Below, piece after piece: positions 13,346-26,305 of a stretch of DNA of 64,000 nucleotides. The position numbers were made by a program, and so were the translations under genes. Source of the stretch: Adineta vaga (taxonomy: Eukaryota > Animalia > Rotifera); assembly GCA_021613535.1 (NCBI GenBank), contig CP075492.1, positions 5,332,001-5,396,000 of the forward strand, in the 5' to 3' direction. The stretch's first letter is position 1. Every line of letters starts with the position of its first letter. A model generated the notes under the pieces. That model was not told the DNA's origin, did no database searches, and saw nothing but the letters and a program-made list of their open reading frames with translations.

Positions 13346-14123
13346 ATGTTTATGACAAGAAGTGAATATGATCGAGGTGTTAATACATTTTCACCTGAAG
13401 GTCGACTCTTTCAAGTTGAATATGCTATTGAAGCAATTAAATTTGGTACAACAGCCATTGGTATTATGACTCAAGAAGGTGTTGTATTGGCTACAGAGAA
13501 ACGTATTACATCGGTTCTTATTGAACCACGTAGTATCGAAAAAATTGTCGAAATTGATGCTCAGTAAGTTGTGGATTTTTCAAACTTTTGTTTTTTCTTA
13601 GCATTCAATATATTTTAGTTGTGGTTGTGCAATGTCCGGTTTAATTGCTGATGCTAAAATGTTGGTTGATAAAGCACGTGTCGAAGCACAAAATCATTGG
13701 TTTACACATAATGAACGAATGACAATTGAATCAATTACACAATCCGTATCAAATATGGCATTAGCATTTAGTGATGATTCGGACGAAGTCGCACCTATAT
13801 CACGTCCATTTGGTGTTGCACTTTTATTTGCTGGGTGGGATGAAAATGGTCCACATTTATTTCATCTTGATCCATCTGGTACTTATACAGAATATGATGC
13901 AAAAGCGATTGGATCTGGCAGTGAAGGTGCTGATCAAACACTTCAAGATGTTTATCATAAATCAATGAAATTATCGGAAGCATGTAAACATATTTTAACA
14001 ATTCTCAAACAAGTCATGGAAGAAAAATTGAATGCTACAAATGTTGAAATGGCAACTGTCGATGCTAATGGATACCGTTTATTTAAAAAAGAAGAAATTG
14101 ATGATATCATTAAAAATATGTAA
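13346..14123 (+). CDS. PSMA5: 20S proteasome subunit alpha type-5
   Basis: [32 protein letters not shown]; intron 13564-13618 joins [15 protein letters not shown]; [12 protein letters not shown]; AIGSGSEGA; [10 protein letters not shown]. Confidence 0.97.
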
Positions 14124-14217
14124 ACGATTTATTAATTAATAAATTCAGAACATTCCTCTGTTTACCTTTTTTTTCTTCAATTGTTTTTATGCTTTCTTTT
14201 CATCGTCTGTTTTAGAT

Positions 14218-16740
14218 ATGAATAGTGAAGAAGAAGAAGAAGAAGAAGAACACGAATCTTCTGATGAATTTTCTGATGACTATTATAATGACTATTACGA
14301 TGATGATGATGATGATGAGGAAGAAGATGAAGATGAAGATGAAGATGAACCAACATCACAACCCATTCATTTTCGTGAATGTCTTCGTTTACTTGATGCA
14401 GCATTAACATCTAGTAATCCACCGATTCTTCCACGATGGTGTACAAGTGAACATATTGATATACTTGAAGATCCGATGTTACTAATTAATGGACATCAAA
14501 AATGTCTTTCATTGCCGATGAATAAACGAGAAGTTCAACGGTTTATTCGACATGCTGAACCATTTGATATGAAAATCGATATGATCGATGGAATTTCTTT
14601 TTTACCAACTGCTCGTCAGATACCAACGAATGCATTTAATATTCTTAATCCACGATGGTCAACAAAAGTCGAACCTTATCTAAAACGTTCCTGTATTGGA
14701 CCAGCACTTCAACTTGATCCAAATCAAATTCAATTAAAAGTTTCCAATTTACTTTTACTTGAACCGTGTCAATTTCCACGACAATTTCAATGGTCTACTG
14801 ATCAACATCCAAATACAATAGCTAAATTATTTCTCAGTTTACCATCAACATATAAAGGTGGCAAAGAAACAATTATTCATTATAAAGAAAAACATGTTTT
14901 TGATTTATCAAAAATGAATACAATGAAATCTAGCTATTGTACAATTGTTCCGATGAGTCATGAATGTAAACATGAAATTGATTTTATATCACAAGGATAT
15001 AAATTAGTTTTAGTCTATGATATTATTCCATTGACATCAACAATTTTTTATAATGTTGATATTAATGAAGCAACATTGACACGTGTTAGTCGAGTCTTCG
15101 AAACATGGATCAATGGATTAGAACATGAATATCATGGTTATTCATCAAAAATTATTCTACCATTTTCCGATATGTTTCATATGGGTCATAATCCACTTTT
15201 ACATGGTATTGATCGAGTTATTGGAACTATTCTTCGACGAACAATCGAACAGTATCATTCGGAACAATTTTTACTCTATCAAGGTATTATTCAACCAAAT
15301 AGAGCCAATGATGGAACAGTACATGCTTGTCGTCTATTAACAGATTTAAAATTAATGATTACGAATAGTAGTACAACAATGAAAACACTCTTCAATAAAA
15401 TTGATTTCTGTTTAGGAAATTGTAATGAAACTTATTCAGGTAATGTTTTCGTTCGAAAAACACGTTCTGAACAAGGTCAATTTGTTTCGTTTGAACAATT
15501 CAATGTACCTATCTGGTGTATTGTTCCTGTGACAGAAAAATACAATCTTTTAATTGATAATATTCCACGTGTTATAATTCATCTTGAACAAAATCTTCTT
15601 CCTCATCATCAACAACATCATACCGAAATATTTTTACTTATTGATTGGTTATTAACAACTACGAAGAAGATTAATTTTAATGCAAAATCACTTCTTCATC
15701 AATTACTTCGTCTTTCAACAGATCAAAGCATTACACATGACTTTATTATGACAATTCGACAATTACTTGAACATAAAAAATATCAGGATCATTTTTTTCC
15801 TATGATACAAAAACAAGACTATGATGATATTATTTATCTTTTAAAATATTCGAAAGATACAAAAATTCAATTATATATTCATCAAGTCTTTCGAACTGTT
15901 CTTAAACGTCGTTCACGTGATTCCGAAAGAATTCGTGATGCAATTAAATTTATTGGTGTTTTATCGACACGAAATGTTGATTTAACTTTTTTACTTGTTC
16001 TTATTCATGAATTACTTTCCAATGTATTAAAACCAACGAGTCCAAAATTATCGATTACTGATCTTGCTAATCTTTTAGCACTTTTATCTATTTCGATTGA
16101 TTCTTACGAAACATCATGTGAAAAGATTTCTCAACAAATTATTCAACAAATTAAAATAACGACAACAGCAATGACAATATCATCAACAATTACAAATCTA
16201 TTACGAACAGTTCTTGTACCAACGTTAATTCAAATTTATCGACAATTTGTAGATATAAATTGTTTTTATCGAAAACGAAAACGTGACTCAACAACAGTAA
16301 ATTTTCCTCCGTGGTTTTTATCACTCTATCAAACATGTCTTTCATTATTAAATGCTTATTGTAATAGTACTCCAGCAATTCCTACTTATGATAATCTTTC
16401 TACTTATTGTAATTGTTCCATTTGTAAACAATTATTTGTTTTTCTTCAAAATTCGAAATTATTTGAACAAACATTTCTTATTCCAGACGATAATATTTAT
16501 CATTTTAATATGAGCGTAAATACATTTACACCGTTATTTATTATAACAAAATCAATGACGTCAGATAAAACTAAACATCAGATTCATATTATGAAAATGT
16601 CTACTTATGATGAAGAAATATGGCGTGAAAATAATCTTCTTCGTTCATTATTAACTCATATTCCATTGTCCAATTATTCTGATGAAGATCAATTTCAAAT
16701 GATGAAAACTATGAAACGTTTTAAATCATCATCATCTTGA
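14218..16740 (+). CDS. 840-aa protein: acidic N-terminus, degenerate 2OG-Fe(II) oxygenase-like domain, C-terminal CxCxxC motif; intronless
   Basis: LSLPSTYKGG and CKHEIDFISQGYKLVLVYDI match the LPSxxxGG and CxHEVxPVxSGxRLVLVYNL pattern of the fungal/oomycete/bacterial Fe2OG family; CNCSICKQLFVFL near the end. Confidence 0.75.
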   Translation: MNSEEEEEEEEHESSDEFSDDYYNDYYDDDDDDEEEDEDEDEDEPTSQPIHFRECLRLLDAALTSSNPPILPRWCTSEHIDILEDPMLLINGHQKCLSLPMNKREVQRFIRHAEPFDMKIDMIDGISFLPTARQIPTNAFNILNPRWSTKVEPYLKRSCIGPALQLDPNQIQLKVSNLLLLEPCQFPRQFQWSTDQHPNTIAKLFLSLPSTYKGGKETIIHYKEKHVFDLSKMNTMKSSYCTIVPMSHECKHEIDFISQGYKLVLVYDIIPLTSTIFYNVDINEATLTRVSRVFETWINGLEHEYHGYSSKIILPFSDMFHMGHNPLLHGIDRVIGTILRRTIEQYHSEQFLLYQGIIQPNRANDGTVHACRLLTDLKLMITNSSTTMKTLFNKIDFCLGNCNETYSGNVFVRKTRSEQGQFVSFEQFNVPIWCIVPVTEKYNLLIDNIPRVIIHLEQNLLPHHQQHHTEIFLLIDWLLTTTKKINFNAKSLLHQLLRLSTDQSITHDFIMTIRQLLEHKKYQDHFFPMIQKQDYDDIIYLLKYSKDTKIQLYIHQVFRTVLKRRSRDSERIRDAIKFIGVLSTRNVDLTFLLVLIHELLSNVLKPTSPKLSITDLANLLALLSISIDSYETSCEKISQQIIQQIKITTTAMTISSTITNLLRTVLVPTLIQIYRQFVDINCFYRKRKRDSTTVNFPPWFLSLYQTCLSLLNAYCNSTPAIPTYDNLSTYCNCSICKQLFVFLQNSKLFEQTFLIPDDNIYHFNMSVNTFTPLFIITKSMTSDKTKHQIHIMKMSTYDEEIWRENNLLRSLLTHIPLSNYSDEDQFQMMKTMKRFKSSSS

Positions 16741-16888
16741 TCTTCTCTTTGTTTTTATTCGGTGATCTGTTTTTTTTTTGTACTCAAGAAGAACTTTTTT
16801 TTCTTATTTTTTACACAGAGAGAGAGATGGAATAAACATGGTTATTTTGACAGCTATTGTAATATTCTTGAAAAACTTGGATTATAAA

Positions 16889-18107
16889 CTATGTAGTTCG
16901 AGCGCGCCAACATTGATTTTCTCGTTTTATTTCCTTGATGAAATGTCTTGATTTACTTAAAATCAGCCGTCGCCAATAACTGAATTCAAGCTTTTCTAAC
17001 TGATAAATAGATCGTGTCTTAGCTTTATTTTTAGTTATTTCTTTCAGTCTAGCATATAGAAATTCTTCAGTAATCTCGTTTTCATTATTGATAACAATGA
17101 TCGGTAAATCAATATAGAGTGAATTTAATGTGGAATGCCATACAATGGGAATCACATCGAGATAAAGTGCTTCCCAAGTTCATGACAATCTAGACCATTA
17201 CCACGAGGAGAAAGCCAAAATGGATACTGACGATTACGAGCATAGATAGTTGGAAGACCAGAAATATTTACACCATCAGATTTATCAATACACAAAATAA
17301 ATTTAGTTGTTGTATTATTATTACACAAAGCCTTCCATACATGTGAACGAATTCCAGTGGGATCTGTTAATCGTTGAAAATTAATGAGCAAAAGTTTACT
17401 TTTAGGGCGGTCATCTAAACTATGCGATGTTCTATTATGAGTGAACGTTTGTTGTCGTTGTCGTTGTGCATTTCGAAGTGCATTGGCCATCTCATAACAA
17501 TTGATGCCTACAAGAACTAGGATGTGTTTTATGCTACCATGATTTCTATATTCTTACCAATGGGAATAGGAGTGAATTTGTTATTATCCGACAAATGTAT
17601 CTCGGAATTTTGACCGAACCAATGAATGATTTTTGAGTCATGCTTGTCCAAATAAGACAAATAGCGACTCGGTGATGACGCATCGCTTTGTCCCGTGATT
17701 AACACAAATTTATTTTGTAAGTATGGATAGACTTTGCTAAAGAATGCGTCAAGATAATCAGTTTTAACATAGATAATACTTCCAGCAACTAAACAAGATT
17801 TTATATGGTATCCTCTGGTTGTTGTCATTTCTATTCGTTCGTCAAATTCGTATGTGGGCCAGCCATAAATCCAGTCAGCCAGATTGCGAAAATTTTGCGG
17901 ACAAATAAACTCCGAATGATATGGTACAGTATGTGAACTATCGAATATTAGTTGATTCTCATTTATGATCGATTTATATGGGCATAAATGAGAACAATCA
18001 GGTGATCGATACACAAAAAGATAAAAACTAAGGATAATATGGTATGCACAGATAGTAAGAATCAATTTCATTTTAAGACTGATATGAAATTTCGGACACG
18101 AAATCAT
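16889..18107 (-). pseudogene. Exostosin/GT47-like glycosyltransferase-related type II membrane protein with a 1-nt frameshift
   Basis: N-terminal TM; IIYVKTDYL, FVLITGQSD, WFGQN, PIPIG; 50-nt intron 17557-17508; FWLSPRGNGLDCH[R]TWEALYLDVIPIV broken by a 1-nt deletion at ~17181. Confidence 0.75.
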
Positions 18108-19356
18108 TTCTTCGCTTTGAGAATTCTAGAATTTCTAGATGTAAAAAGTATTAATCAGAAAATCGAATTACAAGTTCAAAAAATACTTGTAGTATTCTCT
18201 CGACTGAAATGAGAATCATATGAAAAAAAATAGTTTGCGTGTGTTTGTGTCAGGGTTAAAGACCAAAGATGAAAAACACATTTCTTTTTATTAATATCTG
18301 GGGGTACGCTTGGATCATCATGTACTTTGAAATTGAGATAGAAAGGTGATTAAGCAGGTACTGGTTAAGTTTTGCTTGAGTCTTATCAATCGATGTCGTG
18401 AGAAAATTCAAGAGACAAAGATCTTTGGAGAGGCGCCGCATAATCTATAGTATGCGAAGGTATGCAGGCAATCGTTCTCCCTTTTTAGTTTCTCTTCGAT
18501 GATCGTAATGATAAAAGATCGGATAGGAGGTCCAATTATTCCTCTCAAAATTGAACTATGAGCAAAAGAAATACTAAGGAAACTCGGAAACGATCAGGCG
18601 TTTATAAAAAAGATTATCATATAACCAAACATTGAAATGACTCTGAAAAAACTTACGAGGGAACCTTTCCAACTGTCTAATCGCTTTTTAGATAAAGAGA
18701 GCGCTAGAAAGTAAAACCTATCATTTAAAGGTGTACCGATGTTCGACAGGCGTATATGTTCTCGTTTGTTTAAGATTCGAATTTACATTTTGGTAGAGCC
18801 GAAAGTCTTGATGTTTGAGAAGCTATCGAACGATACGATTCAGAGCGAAATGGTTACTTCATTAGAAATTTTACGTAACAAAGTGCATTGATTTTCCGTT
18901 AACGTGATGCTTTTTTTATAAAAATGTTCATTTGCAAAACAAAAGCTTTAGCTGAAATAGTGAGTAAATTTCGTTTTGTTAATCCTTCAGTCGCGAAGTC
19001 AAGCGAGTCATCGTCGACGAGCGTTATTTATTTCATTTCATGGGATTTTTGAAAAACTGTGTTCTCTCTCTTGCATAAAGAATCAATTCTTATAGGTTCA
19101 TATTCATACACCAATCAGAAGTGATGATTGCGAATATTCAGTCTTTTCTTTCAGTTGTGATCTTGCGCGAACATACCGATAAATTATAGTCCTATATAAA
19201 AGTCATTTGTGATTGCACAGATGCTGAAATATTTCTTTGATGAGGCTGGGGCTGAAGCCCTGCGGAATGCAGATAACTTGCCTGTCAGCGCAGGGTAGGT
19301 TACTAAAATGTCTCACCCTGCAGACCTCTAGCTGGGAGTAAAAGTACTAGTATTAT

Positions 19357-20355
19357 AACGGGTGGTCTAGGATACATGTTACTCTCAGTATTTGTTGGAA
19401 TATCTTTTCAAATTTCAATGTGTGGACGTGTATTTTTTTTAAAGATTCGTCTTTAAATGCTCTACAAAAGCAGGGCTTTTATTAACGTAAGTAGCAACCG
19501 TTATTTTTCGACAAAAGATACATTCGTTAGGCGCAAGATGCTCAACTTTCGAACACAACTTCCGGTCGAATTTTTTTGATAGATCGTTTGAGTTCTACAG
19601 TTAGAGTTCTTTTACATTCCACTTTATCCCAATGGACAACGCGAGCGAATTCGTCTATATTGAATAATCCAAGGGATTCAAATCAGGACTCTGAGGAGGC
19701 CATCTTGAGGGTGGGATGGGTTACTGTCCACACACGATCATTTTGGCTGCTACAAATTCCAGTTATGCCGCACATTTTTCCGTCAGAAAAGAGAAATCAC
19801 ATTGTCTCTTCCTTATGGAAATTTGTTCGGATTCAGTTAGCAAATTTTATTCGCTTGCCTTTATCTTAACGGCTCGGATATCTTTTTGTAGGAACGAAAA
19901 CCCAGATGGTTTTTGAGTATTTGCCGGGTAATCGTTCTCGAATTACCAAACTCATTCACCAACTTTTGAGATGATATCGGTTTCTCACCTTTCCGATTGC
20001 ACCCTTCGTTCGAAGTATATGTAGTCATCCTGGCGGACTCGAGAGTTGTATATAACCCGTGTCACGGATCATTTTGCACCATCTTTTAATTGTGAGAGAA
20101 CAGAAAACACCATTAAGATCACAAAATATTTTCGTTGAACCCTCTCGTTTTTCGTACTTTGGAAAAACGATCTGTCGAAGATCTTTATTTTTCGTGATTT
20201 TGAGAATATCGAATAAAATTGACTATAAAATGAAGGATAAGTTCTTGTAGAGCGTCAAATGATAGGTGTTTAGAAAAAAACTTAGACCAAACGAATGAAA
20301 TTTGAACAAGATGTCACAGAAATACTGAGGGTAACATTTATCCTAAGCCACTTAT
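19357..20355 (-). mobile_element. Internally deleted Tc1/mariner (maT-like) DNA transposon
   Basis: TIRs gtggtctaggatacatgttactctcagtattt / aaatactgagggtaacatttatcctaagccac; minus-strand remnants FLFSDGKM..SSQNDRVW and RWPPQSPDLNPLDYSI. Confidence 0.75.
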
Positions 20356-20694
20356 TATCTGTCTGTGCTGGTTCATATTTGCAGAAATGCGTTTAATAAC
20401 AAGCGTACTATCAAAAGGAACAGATTTTTCCTGGAATTCATCAAAGCGATTCAATCCGAATAGCTAAACAGTCATTCTGATTCTGAAACAATACATATGG
20501 TCTCGAATTAGTTATACGACAAACAGACGATGACCTATGAGTACTATTGTTCACGTAAGTTTTGTCACTTAAATTTACAAAATTATGAGCGAGTCTTGAC
20601 AACGGTTTTGTGTTTTATCTATACATTTCAGAGTAATATTATGTCTATGCTACTAGTCATATTCTGCCCGATGAAAAGAACACTTAAAAGAAAT

Positions 20695-23600
20695 ATATTT
20701 CATTCATTCTGATTCAATTCAAGTTTTGTTTACTTTTCGCTTCGTTTTTCTCTCTCTCACTCGTTTGTGTGATCTAATCACTTTCTTTTTTCGTTCGTCT
20801 CAATACGTCACTCACGTAAGTAGTGATTACATATGCACATTCTCCATCTTCCACTTTTTCTCCTTCCATTCATCAGCAGACATATATTTGAACTCTTGCG
20901 ATTCTTTCTTTTTCATACGTTGTAATTCGCCGATCACAAACGCACGTATAAATATGGGATATTGTATAATTTCTATTTCTGATATTTTAATGGGATGGAT
21001 CTAGGTAAGATTTAGAATTTATCAGTGCATCGTTTATTTTTCATTTATTATTATTATTATTGTATTATCATGAATATGGGAGAACATCAAATGACATGTC
21101 ATTTATTCAACGAGATTATCTTATGGATGGATGTTCATTAAACCATATTCTATGTAAATAATTTGACATAAATGACTTCTAAAAGTTGGAATATTATTAT
21201 TTTGAATTCGACATGAACAATGATCATTATTTTCTATACGAACATGGGGCAGCACTAAAAAAGCGTGTAGACTAAAGGATTGTCTTTTATTTTTCTATGC
21301 ATATAATGTATTATGGTCATGCGCATCTATCATTTCATCCGTTCGATATATATATATATTATAGGAAATATGCACTAGTAATAGTACTATCATTACGATT
21401 TATATGGAAATGTTATTTTGATAGATGCACTAAATCGATGTGAAATACAAAAATAGACTCGCGATGTGCACATGGAATATTGGAAAATATTTTGTATATA
21501 TTTGTGACAAACATTTCTTTTTTTTAAGGTATTTATTCTAAATCAACGAACTGACTGATTTATATGCCATACAATATATTTACATTTATTTCATATGAAA
21601 TGATTGGGAATAACATATGAATAATGGAATAAATATGTTCATTGATTGTTAAGAACTCTAAGCTATCGACACACTATATTATGATGGATGAACTAACTAA
21701 CTAATTAGAATAATACAGACAGGATTTGCTTATTTATGAATGAATACTTTCCTTTATGTTTTTAGGACACTTTTTTCTGGGATTATCTATATTAAGGAAT
21801 TATTTAATGTTCACTTTTTATCAATATCATTTCTATCTATTTATTGATAGCGACAATTTTTATTTATGGGATAATTATGTTTAATATTATACATACTTTC
21901 ATATTTCATCGAACGAACATTATGTTTTTGGGGCGACTAAACATGAATAGTTGGAATCTAATTTTATTAGAATTATGAATAACAGTCGAAATATTATGGT
22001 TTGAAATAGATCTAAATAGATTTATTTCGACTCGGATTATTTTTTTTAGGAATTAATTATAGAAACAGATGAAACGCTTGTATCAATAGTACTTTTGAAT
22101 TCGCTTATTTTCAACGAATTATGGGACTTCTGTGCGTGCTATAGCGTTTTAAGGAATATATTATTTATGAAATATCTATGGTTAATGAAAGTAATACGAG
22201 CACTATTATGTATTTTGTTGTAATAAATAACCAAAATGTCCATTTATGAGCGTCAATCTTCTGGAGACTACGCGTCTGACGCTGCGAGACAATGTCGATA
22301 TTCTTTCTATTAGATCAAACAAATAAATTTCTTATATAATTTTCGCTTTTGATAGGGAACGTATAATTTTGAACAGTCGTTTGAATATTTCAACTATAAT
22401 AGCTTGATTAAGTATTTAGTATTTAGTATTTACATATTTACATGACACATGATAACTTTAAATGGCGTATAAACAAACGATAATGCATAACAAATGATTT
22501 AGTTATATTTCATCTGTAATTTTGAAGCAGCAATTTTATGTTTTATATTTAGATATTAGCCTAAGTGGATATGCTATAAACTTTCGAAGTTATTTTCATT
22601 TTTTACATTAGTAGAACATTTCATTCGTCTTATAGGTCAAAAAGGTAAGTGATTAGAAAAAGTTCAAAAGCAAAAATAGATTTGCTTAATTTCATTTGAA
22701 TAGACTATTTCAACGATGTTGTTTTCTTTTGTATGTTGAAAAGAAACTGATTGATAACCACGACTAGTCAGAAGTCATTTTTACTATTTGTTCTCAAGCT
22801 AACTATCCTGTGTCTTCATATTTCTTAGAGACATTAACTTGATTTGTGTCAAGAAAGTTTCTTACTACTCACTTTTTCGCACTATTTCTATCAATGAAAA
22901 TCTAGAAGACAACATAAGTATTTGTGAGTAACTAGTCTCGTTCTTCTTTTTTTCTACTTATGACTTCCATGCTCTCTGAGATGTATAGTACTAGAGTTTT
23001 AATTCAAATATTATTCGTAATTACTCGTTCAAATTGATAATTCTAGCCCATCAGATCTTTTCTAAAAATATAATTGTTTCTACTGCAACAATCATATGTA
23101 ATGCCATGTTGCATAGTTATATTCCACTGTATAATAAGTGCACTTAGACGAAGTGAGTTTCATCCATTTTCATATGACTCAAGTTTGGTTTATTTTTCTC
23201 TTGTGCTTTACATTTTATTTCTTTTATATGACCTAATCAGTGTCTTTTCTTCTCGTGCCTAGCAACATCATCAGTTGCAAGAGATGGTTGCATATGAACA
23301 TTCTCTTTCTCTCCTTGTTTTCATTTCATCATGAAGCACACATTTGAACTCTTACAATTCTTTCTTCTTCATATGTAATAATTCATCGATCACAAGTCTA
23401 CTACTGAATATTACATATTGCATAATTTTTTCTTTTTATACTTTAACAAAATAGATCTAAGTAAAATCGTGAGGTAATCATCTCTTCTACATTTATACAT
23501 CATTGCATCGACTATTTTTCATCTATTAAGCTTTATCATGGAAACATGGAAAACTATAAAATGATACAAAGAATCTATTCTATAAGATTATCGCTCGAAT

Positions 23601-24020
23601 GAACAATCATTGAGTAATGTCTTATATAATTTAATACAAATGACTGAAAAATGCTCGAGGATTCTTTTGGAGTTGATATAAGTAATCATCACTATTCTCT
23701 ATACTAACATATAATAATAAGAAGCAACTTGAAAAAAATGGCCATCTTTTATATTTATGTGTCTGTGTATCATGATCATTTGCAACTATTGTCTGTTAGT
23801 TTGATACATAGCACATGTAATTTGTACGAAAACATCAGAATTTACTTACTGGTGATAGTGTGATCGTTATCCTATATGAAAAATATTAGTTTGGTCATTT
23901 CACTATGCCTATGTAAAATATAAAACATGACTCACTAGGTGTACATGAAAAGTGAAAATTATTATTCGTATATGTTTGTGACAAACGTTTCCTTTTTTAG
24001 GTATTTATTCTAAATTAATA
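20695..24020. repeat. Two diverged direct copies (~20695-21560 and ~23115-24020) of a decayed, probably once-coding sequence
   Basis: Collinear shared blocks, e.g. gaactcttgcgattctttctttttcata / gaactcttacaattctttcttcttcata and tttgtgacaaac.tttc..ttttt.aggtatttattctaaat. Confidence 0.6.
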
Positions 24021-26305
24021 TATTAGTTTATACCTATAGCATAATTTGAATTTTCATTATGTGGGACTCTAGACACTTTATAGTATATTAAGTAAGTTTA
24101 TATCGAATTTGATGACATTTCCTTTATCGCTGTATATAATTTCTCAAGTATTGAATCATGTATGGCTTGAAAAGTGCTTTCTGATGTAGATTTACTATTA
24201 TACGGCCTTAAATCATTGGTTTTAGTAGATTCTATACAAGCATTTTTCTGTCATCTCCCTCTGACAATTCTATTCCATTTCTGCGTCGCTTTATATTTTC
24301 TTTAAAGCAAATAAATTATACCATAAGCTACAGCATGAAAAGAACTACGATCTGCAAAGTAAAGCTTACTTTATTTGTGTACTTGCTAGTTTCAAACGAA
24401 AGTGAAATTGTGTGCGACCGACTTTCGACGCTGCATAAATCTCTTTTTTTTCTATGTCAACGACACATTCCTTTTTCATATTTCATCGCTTCGGCAATTA
24501 ATATGCATGTCAAAAAATATACATCAAAAGATGCAGCGCAAAAACCTCTATAATTTACATAGAACTAGTTGTTCAAGTAAGAGGAAAGGAATTGTTCATC
24601 CTTGTCAAAAATCATTTTCTCGCAATGTTACGCATTGGTGTCATGAAATTTTGCTGTTTTGAAAACTGAAAAGCACATAACTCAAATACATTTTACACTG
24701 TAATGGTATAGCTTTTCACACTGCGTATTCTCCGGTATTTCGTTTCTCTTCGGAAAAGCAGATCAAGTGATATAAAGAGGAAATAAGAAAAAAATACTTT
24801 CAGAGCGTCGAAAATTGATTGCACATAATTTTCTCTTTTCTAAAAGCAAAAATTGCACAAATAAAATAGGCTTTTCCTTGTAGATTGTAGTTCATTTTAT
24901 AATGTATGTTGTGGTATATTCTAGATGTTTCAAACAAAATACAAAGCGATGTAAAAGTGGAATAAAAAACACATTTTTTTGTACGAGAGAACGTATTTGA
25001 TTTGATATGTAATTGGCATCCCTAACTTACTAACAATTATCACTAGAATTTCTCGGTTTCTGGTTCAAGCTATTTTACTATAAAATATGTCAGTCCTCTC
25101 TGACGTAGCATCAGATGCCACTTAAGACTATAAGAAGCATTATAGTATCGAGTTTTATACTCTATTATTTCCAAATTTCTTTCTACTGCTCTTACTCAAA
25201 ATTACTTATATTTGAGCTTGTCCATCGTTAGGTGAACCAGCGTGGCCAAAGTTGAAGTTCAGATTTTTCAAATCTATTTGGAATCAGTTTGTAGAGTATG
25301 TTTCGCTGTATAAGAATATGCGTCTTGCTTTGTCATTCTTTCTATTTAACGAAAGAACAGACATGCCAAACATTAATTACGAATTAGCACTATTATTATT
25401 TGTCTTGATAGTGAATACACAAAGGTTTTCATTAAACGTTCTACAGTGCTTTATGAAATAGCTAGAGTAGCAAAAGAATCAGTAATAAATGAGCCTTGTC
25501 CTGGCGTATCTAATAAATTATTATTTTCTTCCTCAGTTGAAATAGTCATCCTGCAAAACTTGGCCAAAATAGCGATAAGTGCGTGACCATTTAGAGGTTT
25601 TCTACACTTTGTCTCATTAATATGTGAAAGTTTTTTAAAGAATATTATCTATTTTTAAGTCATTTTTGATGGTCTGGGTGAGGGTGTGGGTGCTGCTAAG
25701 TAGTATTTTGACACCCACACTCTCAAAAGGTTCCCTCGTCAGACGTAGTGGTTTTGGTATAAATAAGAAATACTAGCGGAGATACTGGATTATGCTCGAA
25801 AATTTCTTATATTGCAGATAGAGTCATAAATCCTAACCGTACTAATATTTTTGCCGCTACCCGTTAAGTCAATAGTTCCACCATTCATACCAACGAAAAT
25901 ATCTTAGACTGAGGAAAAAATAGAAAAAACATGTGAATGGATTAAAGGTGTAGAACAAGAAAAGCTTCATTTTATACTTAATTTATGCTACCCCATCTCA
26001 ATCTGATCTTCCACGACGTCTGTATTCGTTCTAGTGAATAATTTCTCTCTATTCACGCCGATACTTTTACTCGGCAATCCTTCGATCATATAAAATCTGT
26101 TGTTAATCAAAGAAAACTTTAAATAGTGAATGTCAATGTGAGGTTGTTTTGAGGATGTGAATGTATGTGCTCGTTCATCATTATCCATGCCAATTTGATC
26201 ATACTCTCACTCACAACAAAAAATGCTCGACCGAATTCGATGGGCTGTGTAGCAATAGGTTGAAAACTGTTTCATTAGAATTCGACAGATCTCTACTTGA
26301 ATAGG

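Noticed and set aside
11963-14410. Poly-M/V/H/K short ORFs overlapping acidic genes
   Set aside because: Alternative-frame readings of GAT/GAA/CAA codon runs.
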